From: Escherichia phage LPEK22
Sequence record: OK283619.1
Length of the DNA: 64,000 nucleotides
Reading direction: 5' to 3' (one strand)
Shown here: piece after piece, positions 58,215 through 64,000 of the stretch
Numbering within the stretch: the first letter of the stretch is position 1
How the letters are laid out: every line of letters begins with the position of its first letter
Notes under the pieces: model-generated
What the model was told of the DNA's origin: nothing
Database searches by the model: none
The model's input: the letters and a program-made list of their open reading frames with translations, nothing else
Position numbers and translations under genes: made by a program

Positions 58215-58222
58215 CTAAATAT
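58215..58222 (+). promoter_or_regulatory. late promoter motif CTAAATAT
   Basis: About 27 nt upstream of ATG 58249. Confidence 0.45.
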
Positions 58223-58248
58223 AGAAAATTAATTCGGAGATCAAAATC

Positions 58249-58419
58249 ATGAGCGCAATTGATATCGTTCGTGCAGTAATTGACGGTGACACTGAAACTG
58301 CTGTTGCAGAATGCAACATGGAACTTGATGCACGTAGTCAAGAACTATTAAACCAAGGCACAGCATATGTTCTGGATTCTATCGCAGCTGATATGAATTC
58401 AAACAACAACGGCCAGTAA
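58249..58419 (+). CDS. small acidic prohead core protein (gp67-like), putative
   Basis: Hand-translated 56-aa ORF (MSAIDIVRAVIDGDTETAVAECNMELDARSQELLNQGTAYVLDSIAADMNSNNNGQ), below track cutoff; GGAG RBS. Confidence 0.45.
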   Translation: MSAIDIVRAVIDGDTETAVAECNMELDARSQELLNQGTAYVLDSIAADMNSNNNGQ

Positions 58420-58427
58420 GGAGATGC

Positions 58428-58745
58428 ATGATGGAAATCACAGAGATCGCCACGTTCGCTGATTTCCTGGCCTCTCGTATGGACGAGCAGCGAGTCATCG
58501 ATAAAGTGAACGCTCGTGGTAAACGCCGCCGCCGCTTGAAATGTGCCCCTGGGTTCAAATTGTCGGCTGATGGTTCACGTTGTGAAGTCATGGATGCCAG
58601 CGAACGTCGTGTGCGCAAAATCGGCAACCGAAAAGCTCTTCGCTCCAAAAAGCGTATGGGTATGGGCTACCAACGAAAAATCGAGCGTCGTAAGAAAAAG
58701 GCTATGAAGTTCCGCAAAATGATGGGACTGAGTAAGAACAAGTAA
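58428..58745 (+). CDS. basic prohead core protein (gp68-like), putative
   Basis: 105 aa, very Arg/Lys-rich; AAGGAG RBS; between portal and protease. Confidence 0.5.
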   Translation: MMEITEIATFADFLASRMDEQRVIDKVNARGKRRRRLKCAPGFKLSADGSRCEVMDASERRVRKIGNRKALRSKKRMGMGYQRKIERRKKKAMKFRKMMGLSKNK

Positions 58746-58752
58746 GGAGTTT

Positions 58753-59421
58753 ATGATGAAACTGTTGCGTGAGATCACAGCGATAGGGAAGGATCTTCAA
58801 ATCGGTGAGGATACGACCTCAACTGGTGGGAAGGCCATGTTCATCGAAGGTCCGTTTGTGATGTGTAACCAAGTAAACCGGAACGGGCGTAACTATGATC
58901 TACAGAAAGTGGGTATCCCTGCTGTCGAAGCATATGACAAAGAGTATATCCAAGATCGTCGCGCAATCGGTGAAGTCACACATCCTGACTATCCTTTCCC
59001 TAATCTGGTGGAAGCAGCGCTCAAAACCGAATCCCTTCGCTGGGAAGGCACCAATGCCATCGGTCGGGCGCGAATTTTAAATACACCAAAAGGCCAAATC
59101 ATACGTGCATTGGCTGAAGCAGACTTCAATCTGGCCGTGTCTACACGTGGTCTGGGTGAGACCAAGTCAGTAAACGGTTATGACGACGTTCAACCTGGCT
59201 TTATGCTCACCGCTGTTGATGCAGTCGACCGTCCTTCTGGACAAGTTTGTTATGTTAAGGCTGTGAGTGAATCTGTTGAATGGCAGCTTGATGAGGCTTC
59301 TGGTATTTGGATGCCTCGGGATGTTAAAGGAAACGTTGTTGATCAGTTGGTGAAAGCCAATATTCAAGTAGAAGACGACTTCCTGCGCCGCCTTGATGCA
59401 GCATTGAATCATCTGGGCTGA
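58753..59421 (+). CDS. prohead core protease (gp21-like)
   Basis: 222 aa; position before scaffold and capsid; GPFVMCNQVNRNGRNY...GEVTHPD...STRGLGE fits the T4 gp21 pattern as recalled. Confidence 0.65.
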   Translation: MMKLLREITAIGKDLQIGEDTTSTGGKAMFIEGPFVMCNQVNRNGRNYDLQKVGIPAVEAYDKEYIQDRRAIGEVTHPDYPFPNLVEAALKTESLRWEGTNAIGRARILNTPKGQIIRALAEADFNLAVSTRGLGETKSVNGYDDVQPGFMLTAVDAVDRPSGQVCYVKAVSESVEWQLDEASGIWMPRDVKGNVVDQLVKANIQVEDDFLRRLDAALNHLG

Positions 59422-59432
59422 AATTCAGCTCA

Positions 59433-59440
59433 CTAAATAC
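59433..59440 (+). promoter_or_regulatory. late promoter motif CTAAATAC
   Basis: About 28 nt upstream of ATG 59468. Confidence 0.45.
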
Positions 59441-59467
59441 TGAAAAATCGTTCAGAAGGAAACTATC

Positions 59468-60307
59468 ATGAAACCTGAATTGCAAAAACTGTTTGAAGGC
59501 GTTAATGGCCTCAGCACCGATTTCTTGGACAAAGTATCTGGTCTGCTGGAATCTAAAGTTGAAGCCGCCCGTCTGCAAGCTATTCAAGAAACTGAAGCGG
59601 CTGGTAACGTTGAGCGCCTGACTCTGGTAGAAGCCCACCAGAAAGAAGTCGCAGACCTTAAAGAAAATTTCACTCTTCAGTTGGCGGAAAAAGTTGATTC
59701 GTTCCTCAACGCGGTTGTTGAAGAATGGGCTAACAAAAATGCTCCGGCTATTGACGCTCAGATCAAAACCGAAGCTGCTGAACGCTTCCTCACTGGTTTC
59801 TCTAATGTTCTGAAAGAAGCAGGTGTTAGTTTCGCCACTGACCCAGACGGTCAGATTGCAGCTCTCACCAACCGCCTGGCTGAAGCAGAGCAACGCGCCA
59901 GCATTGCCAATACTGAATTGGCTCAGCTCAAAGAAAGTGAAACCAAACGCCAGCGCAATGATGTCATTGATCGTATTTGTGAAGGTATGGTTGACACCAA
60001 GAAAGACACTGTTGTCAACCTGCTGGAAGGTATTGAATTCCAGACCGAGTCTGAATTTGAATCCCGTGTGCGCACCTTCCGTAACCTGGTAGAAGGCAAA
60101 GATGACTTCTCTGATAAAGTCGGCAAAGACAATGAAAAAGGCAAGCCGGATGGCGACAAGTCTGAAAAAGACATCAAAGAAGGTAAAAAACCGAAGAAAG
60201 AAGGTGAAGCCGACGATGATGACGATGACGATGATGACAAAGACGAAGTTGGCAAAGAAGTCAACGAAGCCGTCCGTCGCCAGATCAGTGCTTTGCTGAA
60301 CGGCTAA
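59468..60307 (+). CDS. prohead scaffold protein (gp22-like)
   Basis: 279 aa, highly charged, ends in EADDDDDDDDKDE; immediately upstream of the major capsid gene. Confidence 0.6.
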   Translation: MKPELQKLFEGVNGLSTDFLDKVSGLLESKVEAARLQAIQETEAAGNVERLTLVEAHQKEVADLKENFTLQLAEKVDSFLNAVVEEWANKNAPAIDAQIKTEAAERFLTGFSNVLKEAGVSFATDPDGQIAALTNRLAEAEQRASIANTELAQLKESETKRQRNDVIDRICEGMVDTKKDTVVNLLEGIEFQTESEFESRVRTFRNLVEGKDDFSDKVGKDNEKGKPDGDKSEKDIKEGKKPKKEGEADDDDDDDDDKDEVGKEVNEAVRRQISALLNG

Positions 60308-60398
60308 TTTTAGCAGCCACAGCCCTCGAAAGGGGGCTTGATTTTGAACTACTAAGTAATTTCAACTTAACTGAATATCAATGTAAGGAACGAGCATC

Positions 60399-61721
60399 AT
60401 GACTAAGAAACTTGTAACCGAAGAAATGCGCAAACAGTGGCTGCCAGTTCTCCAAAAAGAATCTGAAGCTATTCAACCTCTGTCTGCCGAAAACGTAACC
60501 ATCCGTCTGATGCAGAACCAGGCTGAATGGAACGCAAAAAACCTGGGCGAATCTGACGCACCTGGTTCTGTGAACAGCACTGTCGGTAAATGGCAGCCAG
60601 TTCTGATCGACATGGCAAAACGTCTGGCGCCGATCAACATCGCGATGGACTTCTTCGGTGTTCAGCCGCTGTCTGGTCCTGACGGTCAGATCTTTGCACT
60701 GCGCGCTCGCCAGGGTATTGGTGACAGTTCCAACACCGCACAGTCTCGTAAAGAACTGTTCATGCAGGAAGCCGATTCCGGCTATTCCGGTGATGGTACT
60801 GTACAGGCTGGCGACCCGTCAGGCTTTAGTCAGGCTGAGATCGAAGGTTCCGGCTCTGGCGTGACCACTATCGGTAAAGGTATGCCGTCAACCGACGCGG
60901 AACTGCTGGGTACTACCACCAATCCGTGGGCGCGTGTTGGTATCACCGTTCAGAAAGCGACCGTTACTGCCAAGTCTCGCGGCCTGTATGCTGATTACAG
61001 CCATGAACTGCGTCAGGATATGATGGCAATTCACGGCGAAGACGTGGATAATATCCTGTCTGACGTGATGGTAACTGAAATTCAGGCGGAAATGAACCGT
61101 GAATTCATCCGTACCATGAACTTCAGTGCTGTTCGCTTCAAAAAATTCGGCACCAACGGTGTTGTTGATATCGCGCAGGACATCTCTGGTCGTTGGGCGC
61201 TGGAAAAATGGAAGTTCCTGACTTTCATGCTGGAAGTTGAAGCGAACGGTATCGGTGTTGACACCCGTCGTGGTAAAGGCAACCGTGTTCTGTGTTCTCC
61301 GAACGTGGCATCCGCTCTGGCGATGTCTGGCATGCTGGACTATGCTCCAGTTCTGCAGGAAAACACTAAACTGGCTGTTGACCCGACTGGCCAGACCTTC
61401 GCTGGTGTTCTGTCCAACGGTATGCGCGTCTATGTTGACCCGTATGCTGTAGCAGAATATATCACTCTGGCATACAAAGGCGCAACTGCGCTGGATGCCG
61501 GTATCTTCTTCGCGCCGTATGTGCCGCTGGAAATGTACCGCACCCAGGGTGAAACCACCTTCGCTCCGCGTATGGCGTTCAAAACCCGTTACGGCATCTG
61601 TGCTAACCCGTTCGTACAGATTCCGGCTAACCAAGACCCGCAGGTTTACGTGACTGCTGACGGTATTGCTCAAGACAGCAACCCGTATTTCCGCAAAGGT
61701 CTGATCAAATCTCTGTTCTAA
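60399..61721 (+). CDS. major capsid protein (gp23-like)
   Basis: 440 aa; DFFGVQPLSGPDGQIFALRARQG matches T4 gp23 FDICGVQPMNSPTGQVFALRAVYG as recalled; high-expression-type codon usage; terminator follows. Confidence 0.8.
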   Translation: MTKKLVTEEMRKQWLPVLQKESEAIQPLSAENVTIRLMQNQAEWNAKNLGESDAPGSVNSTVGKWQPVLIDMAKRLAPINIAMDFFGVQPLSGPDGQIFALRARQGIGDSSNTAQSRKELFMQEADSGYSGDGTVQAGDPSGFSQAEIEGSGSGVTTIGKGMPSTDAELLGTTTNPWARVGITVQKATVTAKSRGLYADYSHELRQDMMAIHGEDVDNILSDVMVTEIQAEMNREFIRTMNFSAVRFKKFGTNGVVDIAQDISGRWALEKWKFLTFMLEVEANGIGVDTRRGKGNRVLCSPNVASALAMSGMLDYAPVLQENTKLAVDPTGQTFAGVLSNGMRVYVDPYAVAEYITLAYKGATALDAGIFFAPYVPLEMYRTQGETTFAPRMAFKTRYGICANPFVQIPANQDPQVYVTADGIAQDSNPYFRKGLIKSLF

Positions 61722-61742
61722 TCGACAGGTTTTGATAACAAA

Positions 61743-61768
61743 CCCCGCTTCGGCGGGGTTTTTCTTTA
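61743..61768 (+). terminator. intrinsic terminator CCCCGC-TTCG-GCGGGG
   Basis: Hairpin followed by TTTTTCTTT after the capsid gene. Confidence 0.65.
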
Positions 61769-61815
61769 TAGGGATATGTAAGATAATAAAGCCTCATTTA
61801 TCAAAGGAGGTTAAA

Positions 61816-62052
61816 ATGTCTCATCAATTATCTGGCGGTGCAGTCGATACTCTATTCGTTCTTTTCTGGTTTGGACCTCGTGAAGCTGGGGAAATACCTG
61901 CTAAATCTGGAGAAGCCGAATTGGCCTCCCTGGGGTTTTGTAAACGAGTTGATGTTAAAAACGTACCAAAAGGTCGAGATACACATCTGTGTGTACTCAC
62001 CGAGGAAGGTTACAAATACGCATATCTGAAATATGTTTCTCAAAATGCGTGA
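61816..62052 (+). CDS. hypothetical protein
   Basis: 78 aa from ATG 61816 with AAGGAGG RBS. Confidence 0.5.
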   Translation: MSHQLSGGAVDTLFVLFWFGPREAGEIPAKSGEAELASLGFCKRVDVKNVPKGRDTHLCVLTEEGYKYAYLKYVSQNA

Positions 62053-62139
62053 TTGTTTATCGTAACGATTTAATACGCGAATAGTTCAATAACAATTCCT
62101 GTTGTACGATATAACTTTCTTACAACAGGAGTATCAGTC

Positions 62140-62454
62140 ATGACAACCCGAAATATTACCTCTGAACAATCCGTGTCACAAATCCTCATTAATTCCCGCA
62201 CCCAAAAAGAACGTCTTTTTGACATCCTCACTAATGTGATCAATATTCGTCGACAATTAGATGGTGAATTTCCCGAATCTGATTCTGAAGAAAAATCAAC
62301 ACACAATCCAGGTCTTGTTGGTGCTATCCTTAACATACAAGGAGAGCAGGACGATATCATCGATAGAATCAATGCCCACATGGACGTCATCCATACTAAA
62401 CTGGGAACGTTTTATCACCCAAATTGTGAAGACGAGTCTAAAGATAATTGTTAA
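62140..62454 (+). CDS. hypothetical protein
   Basis: 104-aa ORF; AGGAG RBS sits in the 3' arm of an upstream hairpin. Confidence 0.5.
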   Translation: MTTRNITSEQSVSQILINSRTQKERLFDILTNVINIRRQLDGEFPESDSEEKSTHNPGLVGAILNIQGEQDDIIDRINAHMDVIHTKLGTFYHPNCEDESKDNC

Positions 62455-62515
62455 TGTTTTCAATAAATGGGTAATGAACCATCATTACCCAACTTTCACA
62501 ATAGGAATACAACTC

Positions 62516-62710
62516 ATGGCAAAAGAAACTCTTAACAATGAAAACTCCAACTTTGCAGAATGGCATACCGAATTAGAGCGCGTTGCCCGTTCTCAACATG
62601 GTTCTGCCGCTGATGCAGATGCTTGGCGTGAAGATTATGAATCTGGAAAAACTCCACGTCAGGCTTGGGAAGACGAATGGGGGTGGGATGATGCCGACTC
62701 TAATCCGTAA
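62516..62710 (+). CDS. hypothetical Trp-rich small protein
   Basis: 64 aa from ATG 62516 (MAKETLNNENSNFAEWHTELERVARSQHG...WEDEWGWDDADSNP). Confidence 0.45.
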   Translation: MAKETLNNENSNFAEWHTELERVARSQHGSAADADAWREDYESGKTPRQAWEDEWGWDDADSNP

Positions 62711-62921
62711 GATATATCTGGATAAGAACTATTTGGAATCTAAAATCGAAGTTTTCACGGCTCAAAAAATATTTGAAGACGGTGAAACGAGATATTATCT
62801 GAATCCAGACCTTTATCTCCCAGGAAGTAATTTGAATCGCGACATATCCCAAATAGACGGCACAATCATTCGTTGGGAAATAGCGACGCAAGAAGACAAC
62901 TGTCACAACATAACACTTTGA
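62688..62921 (+). CDS. hypothetical protein
   Basis: 77 aa from ATG 62688; overlaps end of previous gene. Confidence 0.4.
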   Translation: MMPTLIRKIYLDKNYLESKIEVFTAQKIFEDGETRYYLNPDLYLPGSNLNRDISQIDGTIIRWEIATQEDNCHNITL

Positions 62922-62936
62922 AGAGAGAACTACATC

Positions 62937-63383
62937 ATGTCTAAACAAAATTATATCTTTATTAGTCCAGGACGTTCCCAGTTTTTTCGTAGCGACATCG
63001 ATACACCTATCGAAGGTTTTCGCATTTTCAAATGCTATAAATTGGCCAGCGGTGACATTGATTATCAAAGTCACGACAATGACCGCCAAGACTTGGTTGA
63101 TAACGGTTGGGAAGAAATAGATTCTCCTCAATATCTGACCGTCAACCTTTATTATATGAAGGAAAGCGGTAAATATTATTCGACTGGGGAGTTGAAAATC
63201 CGAGTTTCAGAAGCCCAATCCAATCCAGCAAAAAGTTGGTATGACACGCAAGAGTTAGTGCGTGATCTCCTGAAGAAAGGCGAACTGCCTGGCTTGGTTA
63301 AAGGTTCCCGTTTTGATACCTTCATGTCCTGTGAACAACACCCGTGCTATGTTCCGACTTTATTTAAAATCAGCAACATGTGA
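62937..63383 (+). CDS. hypothetical protein
   Basis: 148-aa ORF. Confidence 0.5.
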   Translation: MSKQNYIFISPGRSQFFRSDIDTPIEGFRIFKCYKLASGDIDYQSHDNDRQDLVDNGWEEIDSPQYLTVNLYYMKESGKYYSTGELKIRVSEAQSNPAKSWYDTQELVRDLLKKGELPGLVKGSRFDTFMSCEQHPCYVPTLFKISNM

Positions 63384-63394
63384 GAGATTAATAT

Positions 63395-63769
63395 ATGAGC
63401 AATTTACCACTGCTTCAAGTCGGCGATGTGTTCGTTCTCACAGAAGAAATGACCATTGAAACTCAGGTGCCTAAGCATTTCTTGTATTCTAATTGCAAGG
63501 GAGATTGGCAAACGGACTCTGGTTATATCACCCCTGAGGGATTCTTCGGTTACATGCAAGGGCATTATGTCGTTACCAAAACAGCTCTACAAGGAGGTAG
63601 CGCTGGTCACGACCCATACCCAGACGGTCATCATGTTTGGGCACAGCATACCGAAAATGAACGCATCAGGATCTGTTTTTATCAGACAGGCAGCTTCAGA
63701 AACATGCACCGTAACGTTCCAGTAGTCGGAAAAGCCAAGGCGCAAACATGGACTTGGGAGAAATTATGA
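63395..63769 (+). CDS. hypothetical protein
   Basis: 124-aa ORF. Confidence 0.5.
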   Translation: MSNLPLLQVGDVFVLTEEMTIETQVPKHFLYSNCKGDWQTDSGYITPEGFFGYMQGHYVVTKTALQGGSAGHDPYPDGHHVWAQHTENERIRICFYQTGSFRNMHRNVPVVGKAKAQTWTWEKL

Positions 63770-64000
63770 GAATCAAAAAGATTGGAGCAAGCCCGTTGAC
63801 GGGCACTATCTTCCAAGGTACATTGAATACCAAAACCAGTATGTGGGTAGGTGAGAAGACCGACGTGACTAACGACTGTGTAGCGGCTACGGCTGAACAT
63901 ATGCGCCACATCAAGAAAGACTACTGCTTCCCTACTAAAGACGGCAAGTTCCTGGTGCTGAGCGCTGAGGTTCACGACACTCTTCCTGATCGCTTCAAAT
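63766..64000 (+). CDS. hypothetical protein, 3' end beyond window (partial)
   Basis: ATG 63766 with ATGA overlap; open to the window edge. Confidence 0.45.
   Translation, partial: MRIKKIGASPLTGTIFQGTLNTKTSMWVGEKTDVTNDCVAATAEHMRHIKKDYCFPTKDGKFLVLSAEVHDTLPDRFK

Noticed and set aside
60888-61673. 261-aa antisense ORF inside the major capsid gene
   Set aside because: Fully contained in the opposite strand of a gene with strong capsid motifs; His/Arg/Val-rich translation consistent with a mirror frame.
1-64000. CRISPR array, integrase, transposase or IS element
   Set aside because: No direct-repeat/spacer periodicity, no recombinase- or transposase-like ORF and no terminal inverted repeats bounding a cargo gene; the only mobile elements supported are the intein and the GIY-YIG endonuclease.

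Overview
The window reads as part of a large virulent dsDNA myophage genome with a T4-like structural core. Positions 1-22690 are mostly minus-strand early/replication genes: rIIA/rIIB-like proteins, small membrane proteins, a family-B DNA polymerase, a P-loop kinase and a PLP-dependent enzyme. A short plus-strand block sits at 16281-18883. Positions 22780-26300 are a minus-strand non-coding cluster with at least three canonical tRNAs (Ser-GCU, Asn-GUU, Met-CAU) plus degenerate tRNA-like elements and long inverted repeats. Positions 27806-64000 are a plus-strand late structural operon in T4-like order: baseplate, fibre, four tailspike genes, a 1612-aa protein, neck genes, terminase, sheath, tube, portal, prohead core, protease, scaffold and major capsid. 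The four tailspikes sharing one N-terminal module, the recurring CTAAATA(c/t) late-promoter motif and the kinase/PLP genes near the polymerase together suggest a ViI-like (Ackermannviridae/Kuttervirus-type) phage; this is inference, not a database match. Most notable: a 159-aa mini-intein splitting the terminase Walker A P-loop, a free-standing GIY-YIG endonuclease between sheath and tube, a near-identical intergenic cassette repeated before tailspike genes, and candidate thymidine-hypermodification enzymes. All calls come from reading the sequence and ORF track by eye; no searches or folding programs were run, and product names rest on motifs and synteny.
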